Shown here piece after piece: positions 37,528-47,957 of a stretch of 64,000 nt of DNA. Where the stretch lies: assembly GCA_045617105.1 (NCBI GenBank), contig JAZLHW010000048.1:1574-65573 (forward strand). Reading direction: 5' to 3'. How positions within the stretch are numbered: position 1 is the first letter of the stretch; every line of letters begins with the position of its first letter. The notes under the pieces are model-generated. The model saw nothing but the letters and a program-made list of their open reading frames with translations. It did no database searches and had not been told where the DNA came from. Source of the DNA: Selenomonadaceae bacterium (GTDB taxonomy: Bacteria; Bacillota; Negativicutes; Selenomonadales; Selenomonadaceae). The translations under genes and the position numbers were made by a program.

Positions 37528-40500
37528 TTATTTCACAGCAAGGACAACGTTTTCGCCGTTGATATTCCATTCCTTCTCAAAGCCATCTGTCCTGCCATAC
37601 TCTGCCGCATCCGCAAGCACGACTGACTTGATGTATTCCTCATTCTTCTGCATCAATGCGGCAAGCTTGTCATTGCCCTTTGCAAATACAGTAATATGAT
37701 CCGTGACTTCAAAGCCGTTTTCCTTGCGCATCGTCTGAAGCTTGCTGACGATCTCCCGCACGAAGCCTTCCTCGATCAATTCCTCGGAAAGTGTCGTTTC
37801 GAGAGCAACCGTCACATCGTTGTAACGTTGGCAAAGATAACCTTCCGTCTGCGCCATCGTGACTTCTACATCCTCAGCTATCAGCTCAAACTCACCGGAT
37901 TTCGTGGAGACCTTCAGCACTCCAGTCTTTTCCAGTTCGCTCTTTGCCGTACTTCCATTCAATGCGCCCAGTGCTACCTTGATCTCTCCTATCGCCTTCC
38001 CAACCTTTGGCCCAAGCGTGCGGAACTGCGGTTTGAAGCTATAGGTCAAATACTCCTCCATGTCGTCCTTAAAGGTGACCTGCTTTACATTCAGCTCATC
38101 CTCTACGATCTCCTTGAAGAAGTCAGGCAGCTTGCTCTCAGCCTTTACGAACATATTGCCGATCGGCTGACGGTTCTTGATATTTGCCGCATTGCGGGCA
38201 GAACGCCCAAGGACAACGATCTCCAAAACCAGCTCCATGTTCTTTTCCAGCTCGCTGTCTATCTTTTGCTCATCCGGCACTGGGTAATCGCAAAGATGAA
38301 CGCTCTCCGGTGCCTGCGTATCGAGACTGCAAACAAGGTTTCTGTAAATACTTTCCGTCATGAAAGGAATCATCGGAGCAGCTGCCTTTGCAGTCGTAAC
38401 GAGTGCCGTGTAAAGTGTCATGTAAGCATTGATCTTGTCCTGCTCCATTCCCTTTGCCCAAAAACGTGCACGGCTGCGGCGGACGTACCAGTTAGACAGC
38501 TCGTCCACAAATTCCTGCAATACCTTGGCAGCCTCCGTCACCTTGTAGTTTCCAAGGCAATCGTCCATACTCTTTACCATCGTGTTCAAGCGAGACAAGC
38601 ACCACTTGTCCATGACACTGAGCTTATCATACTCCAACGTATACTTGGTTGCATCGAATCCATCAATATTTGCATAAAGGACAAAGAATGCATAGGTATT
38701 CCAAAGCGTCCCCATAAATTTGCGCTGTCCTTCCTGCACGGCTCCATCATGGAAGCGGTTCGGCAGCCAAGGCGCACTGTTTTCATAGAAATACCAACGA
38801 ATAGCATCTGCCCCGTGACGGCGGAGCGCATCCATCGGATCAACAGCATTCCCCTTTGACTTGGACATTTTCTGTCCATTCTCATCCTGTACATGGCCAA
38901 GCACGATAACATTCCTGTACGGGCTCTTGTTAAAGAGCAAGGTAGAGATCGCAATCAAAGAATAGAACCAGCCACGGGTCTGATCCACTGCTTCCGAAAT
39001 GAAGTCTGCGGGGAAACGCTTCTCAAACAGCTCCTTGTTCTCAAACGGATAATGCCACTGTGCAAACGGCATAGCGCCGGAATCAAACCAGCAGTCGATA
39101 ACCTCAGGCACTCGATGCATTTCCTTTCCGCACTCTGGGCATTTGACCGTCACTTGATCCACATACGGGCGATGCAGTTCAATCGTGTCTGGGCAGTTGT
39201 CCGACATGCTCTTCAATTCCTCAATGGAACCAATAGCATGCTGATGTCCGCACTCACACTCCCAAATATTGAGCGGTGTTCCCCAATAGCGGTTGCGGCT
39301 GATTCCCCAGTCCTGCACATGCTCCAGCCAATCCCCAAAACGTCCTTCGCCAATGGACTTAGGAATCCAGTTGACAGTCTTGTTGTTGCGGATCAGATCT
39401 TCCTTTACTGCCGTCATCTTGACAAACCACGACTCACGGGCATAGTAGATAAGCGGCGTATCGCAGCGCCAGCAATGCGGATAGCTATGCTCAAAGACTG
39501 GTGCCTTGAACAGCTTGCCGCTTTCACGCAGATCCTTCAAAATCAATGGGTCTGCATCTTTTACAAAGACACCAGCCCAATCCGTATCCTCTGTCATCTG
39601 TCCCTTGTTGTCCACAAACTGGACAAACGGCATATCATACTTGCGGCAAACACGATTGTCGTCCTCACCAAAGGCGGGTGCCGTATGGACAATACCCGTG
39701 CCGTCCGTTGTCGTTACATAGTCATCGCAAATGACATAAAAGGCACGTTTTTTCAGCTTTCCTTCTGCATAAGGATACAGCGGTTCATAATCACGGTATT
39801 CCAGATCCTTGCCCTTCATGCGATCCAGAACCTTGCGTTCTCCCTCCGTATCCTGGAAAACGCTGTCCACCAGTGCCTCTGCCAAGTAGTACACAGTATC
39901 TGCAACCTGAATCTTGACATAATCCACCTCAGGATTGACACAAAGACCTAAATTGGACGGCAGTGTCCATGGTGTCGTCGTCCAAGCGAGAAAATATGCA
40001 TCCTCATCCTTGACCTTGAACTTGACCATAGCAGAACGTTCCTTCACATCCTTGTAGCCCTGCGCCACCTCATGCGAGGACAGCGGAGTTCCACAGCGAG
40101 GGCAATAAGGAACAACCTTATATCCTTTGTACAGAAGCCCTTTCTTCCATATCTCTTTCAATGCCCACCATTCGGATTCAATAAAATCATTCTCATAGGT
40201 AATGTAAGGGTGATCCATGTCTGCCCAAAAGCCGACAACACCCGAAAATTCTTCCCACATTCCCTTGTACTTCCAAACAGATTCCCGGCACTTGCGGATG
40301 AACGGCTCAATGCCGTACTTCTCGATCTCTTCCTTTCCATTGATGCCGACAGCCTTTTCCACCTCAAGCTCCACAGGAAGACCATGCGTATCCCAGCCAG
40401 CCTTTCTAAGAACCTTTTTCCCCTTCATAGACTGGTAACGCGGCAGCATGTCCTTGATCACCCGTGTCAAAACATGACCGATATGAGGTTTTCCGTTTGC

Positions 40501-40647
40501 CGTTGGCGGGCCATCGTAGAAGGTAAACGTATCGTTCCCTTCCCGTTGGTCGATTGCCTTTTGCGCAATATTATGCGCCTTCCAAAATTGTTCAACCTCT
40601 TTTTCTCTCTCCACGAAATTCAAGTTCGTATCTACCTTGCTGTACAA
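37528..40647 (-). CDS. ileS: Isoleucine--tRNA ligase (long, type 2-like)
   Basis: Motifs PTANGKPHIGHVLTR (HIGH) and GQKMSKSKGN (KMSKS). Trimmed to the TTG at 40647, with AGGAGG 7 nt upstream, giving (M)YSKVDTNLNFVEREKE. Confidence 0.95.
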   Translation of the reverse strand: MYSKVDTNLNFVEREKEVEQFWKAHNIAQKAIDQREGNDTFTFYDGPPTANGKPHIGHVLTRVIKDMLPRYQSMKGKKVLRKAGWDTHGLPVELEVEKAVGINGKEEIEKYGIEPFIRKCRESVWKYKGMWEEFSGVVGFWADMDHPYITYENDFIESEWWALKEIWKKGLLYKGYKVVPYCPRCGTPLSSHEVAQGYKDVKERSAMVKFKVKDEDAYFLAWTTTPWTLPSNLGLCVNPEVDYVKIQVADTVYYLAEALVDSVFQDTEGERKVLDRMKGKDLEYRDYEPLYPYAEGKLKKRAFYVICDDYVTTTDGTGIVHTAPAFGEDDNRVCRKYDMPFVQFVDNKGQMTEDTDWAGVFVKDADPLILKDLRESGKLFKAPVFEHSYPHCWRCDTPLIYYARESWFVKMTAVKEDLIRNNKTVNWIPKSIGEGRFGDWLEHVQDWGISRNRYWGTPLNIWECECGHQHAIGSIEELKSMSDNCPDTIELHRPYVDQVTVKCPECGKEMHRVPEVIDCWFDSGAMPFAQWHYPFENKELFEKRFPADFISEAVDQTRGWFYSLIAISTLLFNKSPYRNVIVLGHVQDENGQKMSKSKGNAVDPMDALRRHGADAIRWYFYENSAPWLPNRFHDGAVQEGQRKFMGTLWNTYAFFVLYANIDGFDATKYTLEYDKLSVMDKWCLSRLNTMVKSMDDCLGNYKVTEAAKVLQEFVDELSNWYVRRSRARFWAKGMEQDKINAYMTLYTALVTTAKAAAPMIPFMTESIYRNLVCSLDTQAPESVHLCDYPVPDEQKIDSELEKNMELVLEIVVLGRSARNAANIKNRQPIGNMFVKAESKLPDFFKEIVEDELNVKQVTFKDDMEEYLTYSFKPQFRTLGPKVGKAIGEIKVALGALNGSTAKSELEKTGVLKVSTKSGEFELIAEDVEVTMAQTEGYLCQRYNDVTVALETTLSEELIEEGFVREIVSKLQTMRKENGFEVTDHITVFAKGNDKLAALMQKNEEYIKSVVLADAAEYGRTDGFEKEWNINGENVVLAVK

Positions 40648-40667
40648 GCAAATTCCTCCTGTCCTTC

Positions 40668-40915
40668 TAGCCTTGTCAAAAGAAAGGACTCTCACCCAAA
40701 ACAGGATGAGAGTCCACGACTGTCACAAAACCACCTATTTCGCATACCAATATATGCTATCCCTTTAACGATGGAAACCGGCTCAGCCTACTCCAAGTTC
40801 AGCCTGCTGCTCCGAAGTGATATTCATTGGGATGTACTCACTGCCGCCTCACACTCTCTGCGGCTCGCTGATGCTTTCCTTTCCCAACTACTGTCTTCAT
40901 CCTCGCATTTCAACC
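40668..40915 (-). promoter_or_regulatory. T-box riboswitch leader (Ile-specific) of ileS
   Basis: The minus strand contains GCGAGGAUGAAGACAGUAG (stem I base / GA motif), an AGAGAG bulge, and a candidate specifier AUC followed by A (40821-40819). The T-box sequence is AAAUAGGUGGUUUUGUGA (40740-40723). The terminator is GGACUCUCA...UGAGAGUCC plus UUUCUUUU (40678-40715). Confidence 0.8.
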
Positions 40916-41005
40916 AACGCTTATCATACCACAAAGTCACTGTATTTTCAAGTGACATACTCCTGCTGCATTGGCACGCAAAGGTGTGGCTCTTGGAATC
41001 TGGCG

Positions 41006-41035
41006 AAAAAAATCCCCCGCTCACAGAAGCGGGGG
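41006..41035 (-). terminator. Intrinsic terminator after the chemoreceptor gene
   Basis: Minus strand CCCCCGC-ttctgtga-GCGGGGG followed by ATTTTTTT. Confidence 0.8.
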
Positions 41036-41053
41036 ACGCACTAACAACTTTTA

Positions 41054-42853
41054 TCAAAACTTGAACTTCACGATCGCATTCTGGAGATCCTGTGCCTGCT
41101 CCGCAAGCTTGCGGCTTGCCGCTGCAATCTCATGCATCGAAGCAGTCTGTTCCTCCGTTGCTGCCGAAACCGTCTGAGCCTCATCGGAAACCTTGCGGCT
41201 CATATCATTGATCTTCTCGACAGATGCGGTAATGTTGTCCACACCAGCAACCAACGTGCCAACATCCTGATCCATGAGCATAGCCTTCTGTGCAATACCG
41301 CCAACCATTGTGGAAATATCCGTGAAGGACTTGCCTGCATCACCAACAGCCTGCGTTCCGCCTGTTACCTGACCAACACCATCATGCATTGCCGTAACAG
41401 CATTTTCCGTATCATGCTGAATAGCAACGATCAACTGTGCAATTTCTGCTGCCGCACCCTGCGACTGCTCTGCCAGCTTGCGAACCTCATCTGCAACGAC
41501 TGCGAAGCCACGTCCATGCTCACCGGCACGAGCAGCCTCGATTGCCGCATTGAGCGCAAGGAGATTCGTCTGATCGGAAATCGCTGCAATCGTATCTACG
41601 ATCGTACCAATCTTCTGCGACTGAGCGCCAAGACTCTCAATAACGGAAGAAATCGTCTGGACGGTCGAATTGATCGTTCCCATGTTATCGACTGCATTTC
41701 CGACATTCTTTTGACCTTCCAATGCAACCGTGCTTGTTTCCTTGATCTGCGTGCTTGCCTCAGAGAGCACACCCTTGAAGTCCTGCATGTACCTGGAGAG
41801 CTTCTGCGCATTTTCCGTTGCATTCTCTACATCCGTAAACTGCTCATTACAGGAAGCCGCTACATTGACGACCGATTCTGCGATCGAATGGCTGACCTCC
41901 GAGGACTGCTCTGCTGTCGAAGTAAGCTCCTCAGCAGCAGCCGCAACATATTCTGCACATTCCGCAATATTCTTCATCAGGGAGGCTATCTGCTTCTGCA
42001 TGTCACGCAATGCCTTGCTCATGATACCGAGCTCATCTGAACGAGAAGCCATAGCCGTAAGCTCACGTTCCTCTGTGTCCGACATACGCAGGTCGCCTGT
42101 TCCCATCATGCGAATGTAATCCGTAACCTTTTGGATCGGTCCTGCAATCGATCCTGCAAGCCAAACAGCAAAGGCAATAAAGATAACCTGCAAGACCAAC
42201 ATCAAAAGCACCATGTGAATGATGTTTGCACGAAGCGCATCGGACAAGACTGCCTCACGCTCTACTACCTGCTTGTCGATATCATCGATCCAGACACCAG
42301 TACCAAGTACCCACTTGTAAGGCTTGAACGTCGTTGTGTAGTTTCTCTTCGGAAGCGGTTCCGTCTCGTTTGGTTTTGCGAACATCAAGTCCGTGAAGCC
42401 GCCGCCTTCCTTCAAGCCATTCTGAATCATTTCCTTGATGAAGTAACGTCCCTTAGGGTCTACCGAATTGATGCGGGATTTTCCCTCCGTATCACGACCG
42501 AGCAGAACGACATTCACGCCCTCCTCCGTATCAATCCAAAAATATCCCTTTCCATTGTCATAGCGCAGATCCCTGACAACATCAGCAGCCTGCTTCTTTG
42601 CCTGCTCCTCTGTCAGTTCACCTGCCTGCTGCTTCTTGTACAGCTCCTGAATAGCACTGACGGCAAGCTGCGTCTCATCAATCAGCTTTGTCTCAACACT
42701 GGCTTCCAAATCCCTCCGATAGGATGCCAACTGCTCCTTGTTGTCCTGCACCGAGCTGTAGACAACGATTGCCAGAACACACAACATGGTAGCAACAGAG
42801 ACACCGACAATCGCCGCCACCAATCGCATCTTCATTGACCTAAAATCCAACAT
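41054..42853 (-). CDS. Methyl-accepting chemotaxis protein with periplasmic Cache-type sensor and HAMP
   Basis: N-terminal TM helix, then a Cache-like region ([12 protein letters not shown]...[16 protein letters not shown]), a second TM helix, HAMP, and the MCP signalling hairpin ([40 protein letters not shown]). ATG at 42853, with AGGAGG 8 nt upstream. Confidence 0.9.
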   Translation of the reverse strand: MLDFRSMKMRLVAAIVGVSVATMLCVLAIVVYSSVQDNKEQLASYRRDLEASVETKLIDETQLAVSAIQELYKKQQAGELTEEQAKKQAADVVRDLRYDNGKGYFWIDTEEGVNVVLLGRDTEGKSRINSVDPKGRYFIKEMIQNGLKEGGGFTDLMFAKPNETEPLPKRNYTTTFKPYKWVLGTGVWIDDIDKQVVEREAVLSDALRANIIHMVLLMLVLQVIFIAFAVWLAGSIAGPIQKVTDYIRMMGTGDLRMSDTEERELTAMASRSDELGIMSKALRDMQKQIASLMKNIAECAEYVAAAAEELTSTAEQSSEVSHSIAESVVNVAASCNEQFTDVENATENAQKLSRYMQDFKGVLSEASTQIKETSTVALEGQKNVGNAVDNMGTINSTVQTISSVIESLGAQSQKIGTIVDTIAAISDQTNLLALNAAIEAARAGEHGRGFAVVADEVRKLAEQSQGAAAEIAQLIVAIQHDTENAVTAMHDGVGQVTGGTQAVGDAGKSFTDISTMVGGIAQKAMLMDQDVGTLVAGVDNITASVEKINDMSRKVSDEAQTVSAATEEQTASMHEIAAASRKLAEQAQDLQNAIVKFKF

Positions 42854-43028
42854 CAATTACCCCTCCTAAACGTATTTTGATTTCGTCGAGTTCAAGCCAT
42901 TATTCATCTCCTATACGACAATTTCGACACATTTTTGCAAAATCCTTCTAGAATAAAAAAAATTTACAGATAAATTTTGCATTTCAAAATTGTTTTTTCA
43001 CTTCATCTGCAATCTGTTCTAAATCAAA

Positions 43029-43100
43029 ACATCCCCTGCTTCATTAAAATACCTCGGTTCAGGAAAAGGCTTTGCATTTTCTTGAACCAAGGCATTATAA
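43029..43100 (+). repeat. Degenerate partial copy of the ~152-nt repeat (right half)
   Basis: ACATCCCCTGCTTCATTAAAATACC...GGAAAAGGCTTTGCATTTTCTTGAACCAAGGCATTATAA aligns with the right half of the element (CATATCTCCCGCTTCGTTGAAACGC...GGAAAATGCTTACGGCATTTTCTTGAACAATGGCGTTATAA). Identity is roughly two-thirds by eye. Confidence 0.55.
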
Positions 43101-43101
43101 T
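43072..43101 (+). promoter_or_regulatory. Candidate sigma-70 promoter for lgt
   Basis: TTGCAT (43072-77), an 18-nt spacer, then TATAAT (43096-43101). It is about 50 nt upstream of the lgt GTG start and lies inside the degenerate repeat copy. Confidence 0.4.
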
Positions 43102-43153
43102 ATACGAGATATGCTAAGAGATTTTTCATAATACATACGAAAAGGGGTCCATC

Positions 43154-43936
43154 GTGCATCAATATATCTTTTTTATCGGGGATTTCCCCATCAGGGCATA
43201 CGGATTGGTTCTTTCGCTCAGTATCCTGCTGGCGACTGGTGTTGGTTATTTTCTTGCCAAGCAGGACGGCAGAGGCTACGAAAAGCATGTTGCCGATATC
43301 GGCATTTACTGCGGAATCGCAGGACTCATCGGCGCCAGATTATGGGACGTTTTCTTTTTTGACTGGAGCTATTATTCCCATCATCTCACGGAGATCATGA
43401 ACGTCTGGCAGGGCGGCATGGCGATCCAAGGAGGTATTTTCGCAGGAGTCCTTGCAGGACTTGCCTATGCAAGAAAGCACCATCTGGATGCTTGGGCTCT
43501 TGCAGACATTCTCGCCCCAGCCCTCGTCCTCGGTCAGTCCCTCGGCCGCTGTGCCAATCTCCTGAATGGCGATGCCTTTGGAGCGCCGACAGGTTCAAGT
43601 TTTGGAATCCTCTATCCGCCTACCACACTTGCCTACCACACCTACGGCAACCAACCTCTTTGGCCGGCGGAGATATGGGAGGGACAGCTTGACCTCGTTA
43701 TCTTCGCCCTTCTCCTCATCTTTCGCTCTACCCATCATGCCAAGGGACAGTGCTTTGCCCTGTATGTCATGCTTTATTCCACAGCTCGCTTCTTTCTTGA
43801 ATACCTGCGCGGGGATTACATGGATCTTGCCTTTGGACTTTTCAAGAGTGCGCAAATGACGAGCCTTACTGCCTTTACGATCTCTGCCGTGATCTTCCTC
43901 TATCTGCAATACAAAAAAAATAAGGCGGAGAAATAA
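43154..43936 (+). CDS. lgt: Prolipoprotein diacylglyceryl transferase
   Basis: 260 aa. FPIRAYGLVLSLSILLA..., GARLWDVFFF..., WQGGMAIQGGI, LGRCANLLNGDAFG. GTG start with AAGGGG upstream. Confidence 0.9.
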   Translation: MHQYIFFIGDFPIRAYGLVLSLSILLATGVGYFLAKQDGRGYEKHVADIGIYCGIAGLIGARLWDVFFFDWSYYSHHLTEIMNVWQGGMAIQGGIFAGVLAGLAYARKHHLDAWALADILAPALVLGQSLGRCANLLNGDAFGAPTGSSFGILYPPTTLAYHTYGNQPLWPAEIWEGQLDLVIFALLLIFRSTHHAKGQCFALYVMLYSTARFFLEYLRGDYMDLAFGLFKSAQMTSLTAFTISAVIFLYLQYKKNKAEK

Positions 43937-43981
43937 AAAATCCATGACGAAACAGAAAACCGTTTCGTCATGGATTTTTTA
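43935..43981. terminator. Bidirectional intrinsic terminator between lgt and proC
   Basis: AAAAAA-TCCATGACGAAAC-agaaaac-CGTTTCGTCATGGA-TTTTTT. Confidence 0.8.
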
Positions 43982-44764
43982 TTTCTTGTTCATGACAGCA
44001 TCAATCGATTGAATACATGCATTGCGGAAGCCGTTCTTCTCCAATGCCGTCACACCGCAGATCGTCGTACCGGCAGGCGAGCAAACCTTGTCCTTCAGCA
44101 TTGCCGGGTGTTCCCCTGTTTCCAGCTGGAGCTTTGCCGAGCCTAAGATCATTTGGGATAGCAAGCGATAGGCTTCTGCCCTCTTCATTCCATACTTTAC
44201 CGCCGCATCACCATAAGCCTCGATCATGAGATCCACAAAAGCAGGCCCGCAGCCCGTCACCGCTCCGCCGATCCCCATAAGGGAAGTCGGCAGCTCCTGC
44301 ACGATCCCCACCGAAGCGAACAGCTTCATGACTTCCTCTCGTTCCTCAGCCAAAAGCGTATTGCTTTCCTCGAACAAAAGAACTCCCTCGCCAACCATTG
44401 CAGGCGTATTTGGCATCACAAACTGAATACGGGTATCCGTGCACAATGCCTTTTTGTACCTATCCAGATCCCAGCCTGCCGCAATCGAAACGACCGCCTT
44501 TCCTTCCAAACGGCTGCCCAGCTCCTTTAGCACGTCCTCGATCTGGTAGGGCTTGCATGCCATGACCAAAATATCAGCAATGCCGGCAAGCTCTGCCAAG
44601 GAAGCCATTGGCGTAAACCCAATCGCATGGCTGTTCTTCCGCAGCTTTTCCTGATTGGGTGCGTAGGCAAATACATCTTCCCTCGGAATGCTTCCCGATG
44701 CAATAAAGCCTGCTGCCAAAGCCTTTGCCATATTCCCCATGCCAATAAAACCAATTTTGCTCAT
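43979..44764 (-). CDS. proC: Pyrroline-5-carboxylate reductase
   Basis: 261 aa. IGFIGMGNMAKALAAGF Rossmann motif and the C-terminal P5CR signature (VCSPAGTTICGVTALE). Confidence 0.9.
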   Translation of the reverse strand: MSKIGFIGMGNMAKALAAGFIASGSIPREDVFAYAPNQEKLRKNSHAIGFTPMASLAELAGIADILVMACKPYQIEDVLKELGSRLEGKAVVSIAAGWDLDRYKKALCTDTRIQFVMPNTPAMVGEGVLLFEESNTLLAEEREEVMKLFASVGIVQELPTSLMGIGGAVTGCGPAFVDLMIEAYGDAAVKYGMKRAEAYRLLSQMILGSAKLQLETGEHPAMLKDKVCSPAGTTICGVTALEKNGFRNACIQSIDAVMNKK

Positions 44765-44778
44765 TACCTCACGTCCCC

Positions 44779-47682
44779 TTACGATCTCTCCAATTTCCTG
44801 TAGGCTGCTTCCCGCAGAACCTGCTCCAGCTCCTCGACCTCAATCGGTTTTGCCAGATGCCCGTTCATTCCTGCCTCACGGGAGCGTTCCTTGTCCTCAC
44901 TAAATGCATTTGCCGTCATCGCATAGATAGGAATTCCTGCCACCTCCGGATCAGAAAGCTTGCGGATCTTCCTCGTCGCTTGGTATCCATCCATGTACGG
45001 CATCTGAATATCCATCAACACTATATCATAATCTCCGGCGGAAGCCTTCTTCATTTTCTCTACGGCGATTCTGCCGTCCTCCGCATAATCCACGGAAATA
45101 CCAAAGTCCTCCAAGATCTCCCCCGAAATCTCACGGTTCAGCATATTGTCCTCCACCAGCAAAACACGCAAACCTGAGAGAGATATATCCGCAGGAGCCG
45201 AAGGGTCCGCAGGAGCCGAAGCTCGATCTGCCACGATTCTAAAGCAAACTACTGTTCCCTTTTCAGGCTCACTCTCAATCTGGATCGTGCCATTCATAGC
45301 ATCCACGATTCTCTTGACGATCGCCATGCCGAGCCCGCAGCCTTGGATCCCGCTCGTAGTACTGTTGCGTTCCCGTGAGAAATTCTCAAAGATTTGCTCC
45401 ACGAATTCCTCATTCATTCCTATGCCGTTGTCCGCAACCGTAAAGCACAAAGCCACCTGCTCCGGATTCTCCAAATCGATCTTCTCTAAGGAATACTTCA
45501 CCGTTCCGCCATCCGGCGTATACTTGATAGCATTGGAAAGGATATTTAAAAGCACTTGGTCGATCCGCATCGTGTCCAAAAAGAGCCAGCAATCCTCATC
45601 CATGTTCTTATACTCTTTCAGGAAGGAAATATTCTTCTCCTTTGCCAAGGAATCCAGCATAGGCGTGACCTTGCTCCTGCATTTCCGTAAATTGACAGGT
45701 TGTTTCTCAATCACTAGCTTGCCGTTCTCGATACGAGCCATCTCCAAAATCTCATTGATAAGGGAAAGCAGATGCTCACCTGCCGTCTCCACCTTGTCCA
45801 AGCAATCCTTCAGCCTGCCTGCATCGTGAAAATACTTCCTTGCCATCTTGTTAAAGCCCAAAATAGCGTTCATCGGTGTACGGATATCATGCGACATATT
45901 GAACAGGAAGGTCGTCTTGGACTTGCTTGCCATCTCCGCCTTGTAAAGTGCCTCCTGCAGCTCCTCCGTCCGGCTCTGTACCAAGCCTTCCAGATGCTCA
46001 TTCACTTCCTTGATGGACTTGTTGGCATTCTCCAGTTCACGTTCCGAACGGGCAAAGCGTATCATTGCATAGGTAGTGAATACGACCCCGAATACCAGCA
46101 GGAAAAAAACAAGCAGATAGGCAGGATTCCGCAAGAAGAAATTTCTTGCCGAAAGATCCGTTTGGTTCAGCACAGAATGACGAAACGTAATATCTGCAAT
46201 TTCAGTTGCCGACACGAATCTCAAGACACGATTCATGAAAAGAATGAGCGGCATATTATCACGTTTGGCAGAAACACAAGCATCGCACACCTCTGCCAAG
46301 GAATACACAGATGCCATATTTCTAGTCGTGTAATCCGTTGTCAATGCCTGCAAATAGGATACCCGCCCAATCGCCGCCGTTGCCTTTCCATTCATGACAC
46401 ACTCCACGCACTCTGACAGCGTTTCACAGGAAATGATCTCTGCCGAAGGATAGTGCTTCAGCGCATAGGACATTCCAAGGCCATTCGCAGGTACTGCAAT
46501 ACGGGAAAAAGTCTCATCTGTCATCTTGCCTCGATAAAATACTCCCATAACTGCCTGAAAGACAGTCTGTGAAATCAAAAAATCATTCAGGTCTGCCTCA
46601 TACAGGTCATTGGATTCCGGAAAAGCAAGGTCGATCTTGCCTTCCTTCACATCCTGATGCATCGCCTGATAGTTATCATAGTTTTTCCATTCGATCCCCA
46701 AGGAAACGTCCATTCTTTGAAGGGCCTTCTGCAAAAGCTCCGGGAAAATGCCGATCGTTTCCCCTGACGGTCCTTGGTAAACATACGGAAAATTGTTTTG
46801 GCAGGTTCCGATCCGCAAAACGGGATGTTGCTGAAGCCAAGCCAATTCTTCAAAACTCAGGTTCTTGTTGATAGGCGACAGCTTGAAATGCTTCTGCATG
46901 AGATAATACTCAAAATTCGGACGCTGAAGCGCCAGCTTGGATTCTGCGTCATTCAGTTCCGCAAGCAGATCCGGCCGCGCCAAGGATACACCAATATAGC
47001 ATGGCATCGATCCAATATCCTGAAGCAGCACCATGTCATCCTCAAAAGCGTTGTTGGAATTCAAAGTTGCATCTACCCTATGTGCATGAAGAGCTTCACT
47101 CTTTTTCGGCTCCGATTCAAAACTCACGATCTCAGCATGGATATCATGCTTGCGAAGATACTCCTCAAGCAGGGCATTTTCCGCATATCCGGCATTTACG
47201 CCGATCTTCTTTCCTTCCAAACTCGCATTGATATCGCTGGCAAACCTGCTCTTCCCTGCCCTGTCTGTTGCCAAGAAAAACTGCTCCCGACCGATTGGAC
47301 GGTTGGGAAACAGCACCTTCCCCATGCGCTCCTCCGTGCGGCTGAGCAAGGGAACGATATCCACCTCACCCCTGAGGAGCATATCAAAAATCACCTCAAA
47401 GTTAGCATTGACATACTCATACTTCCAGCCAGTAAAAAAGGACAACGCCTGCAGGTACTCATACGAATACCCATCCTTTCGTGCACCGTCCTGTGCCCCG
47501 CTCATCATTCCGCCCGACTCGAAATAGCCGACACGCACCGTCTTGTCGCTCCCTGCCTCCACCTGCGGAATGGAATACAGCAAACCACCTGCAAACCATA
47601 AAGCAAGAACGATGACCCGCAGCACACTCCCTGCTGCATACCTGCGAAATTCCCTGCCTGCTTGTCCCAACAATATAGCCAC
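44779..47682 (-). CDS. BvgS/EvgS-like hybrid sensor histidine kinase with two periplasmic solute-binding (Venus-flytrap) domains and a C-terminal receiver
   Basis: 967 aa. Signal/TM segment, then two SBP_bac_3-like modules (VRVGYF..., LRIGTCQNNFPYVY...) and a TM helix. HisKA H-box FLFNMSHDIRTPMNAI, HATPase (DNGIGM...GCGLGMAIV), and REC (VLLVEDN...DIVLMDIQMPYMDG...KP). The start is GTG 47682 or TTG 47673. Confidence 0.88.
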   Translation of the reverse strand: MAILLGQAGREFRRYAAGSVLRVIVLALWFAGGLLYSIPQVEAGSDKTVRVGYFESGGMMSGAQDGARKDGYSYEYLQALSFFTGWKYEYVNANFEVIFDMLLRGEVDIVPLLSRTEERMGKVLFPNRPIGREQFFLATDRAGKSRFASDINASLEGKKIGVNAGYAENALLEEYLRKHDIHAEIVSFESEPKKSEALHAHRVDATLNSNNAFEDDMVLLQDIGSMPCYIGVSLARPDLLAELNDAESKLALQRPNFEYYLMQKHFKLSPINKNLSFEELAWLQQHPVLRIGTCQNNFPYVYQGPSGETIGIFPELLQKALQRMDVSLGIEWKNYDNYQAMHQDVKEGKIDLAFPESNDLYEADLNDFLISQTVFQAVMGVFYRGKMTDETFSRIAVPANGLGMSYALKHYPSAEIISCETLSECVECVMNGKATAAIGRVSYLQALTTDYTTRNMASVYSLAEVCDACVSAKRDNMPLILFMNRVLRFVSATEIADITFRHSVLNQTDLSARNFFLRNPAYLLVFFLLVFGVVFTTYAMIRFARSERELENANKSIKEVNEHLEGLVQSRTEELQEALYKAEMASKSKTTFLFNMSHDIRTPMNAILGFNKMARKYFHDAGRLKDCLDKVETAGEHLLSLINEILEMARIENGKLVIEKQPVNLRKCRSKVTPMLDSLAKEKNISFLKEYKNMDEDCWLFLDTMRIDQVLLNILSNAIKYTPDGGTVKYSLEKIDLENPEQVALCFTVADNGIGMNEEFVEQIFENFSRERNSTTSGIQGCGLGMAIVKRIVDAMNGTIQIESEPEKGTVVCFRIVADRASAPADPSAPADISLSGLRVLLVEDNMLNREISGEILEDFGISVDYAEDGRIAVEKMKKASAGDYDIVLMDIQMPYMDGYQATRKIRKLSDPEVAGIPIYAMTANAFSEDKERSREAGMNGHLAKPIEVEELEQVLREAAYRKLERS

Positions 47683-47736
47683 CTCTTCTGCAATCTATCT
47701 CAAGATTCAAACTCTGTTCCTATTTTCACGAAAAAA

Positions 47737-47766
47737 ATTATAACGCAAAAAAAAAGGAATTGGCAA
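47737..47766 (-). promoter_or_regulatory. Candidate sigma-70 promoter of the hybrid kinase gene, with a T9 tract in the spacer
   Basis: Minus strand TTGCCA (47766-47761), an 18-nt spacer containing T9 (47755-47747), then TATAAT (47742-47737). It is about 55 nt upstream of the start codon. Confidence 0.5.
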
Positions 47767-47806
47767 GTATTTTTCCTTATTCTCTGCGTTACAATTTGAT
47801 AACATT

Positions 47807-47957
47807 TTATAACGCCATTGTTCAAGAAAATGCCGTAAGCATTTTCCCTCCAATTTGCGTTTCAACGAAGCGGGAGATATGCTCACCGTTTGTTAAAATT
47901 TGGCTTCCCCCACTTACAGCAAGCTGTTGAAGAAGTGGACATCTTAGCTTCGTTATA
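47807..47957 (-). repeat. ~152-nt intergenic repeat element, copy 2 (inverted relative to copies 1 and 3)
   Basis: The reverse complement matches copy 1 except for a few substitutions (for example GTCCACTTC versus GTCCCCTTC, and CAAACGG versus CAAGCGG). Confidence 0.85.

Noticed and set aside
37696-41064. Three long plus-strand ORFs (387, 352 and 330 aa) opposite ileS and its leader
   Set aside because: They are shadow ORFs of a 1039-aa synthetase gene. The third also runs through the T-box leader and a terminator.
43019-43288. 89-aa minus-strand ORF overlapping the lgt start and the degenerate repeat
   Set aside because: It overlaps the well-supported lgt N-terminus on the other strand. 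Its C-terminal similarity (FNEAGD) to a frame of the repeat element simply reflects nucleotide homology of the repeat.
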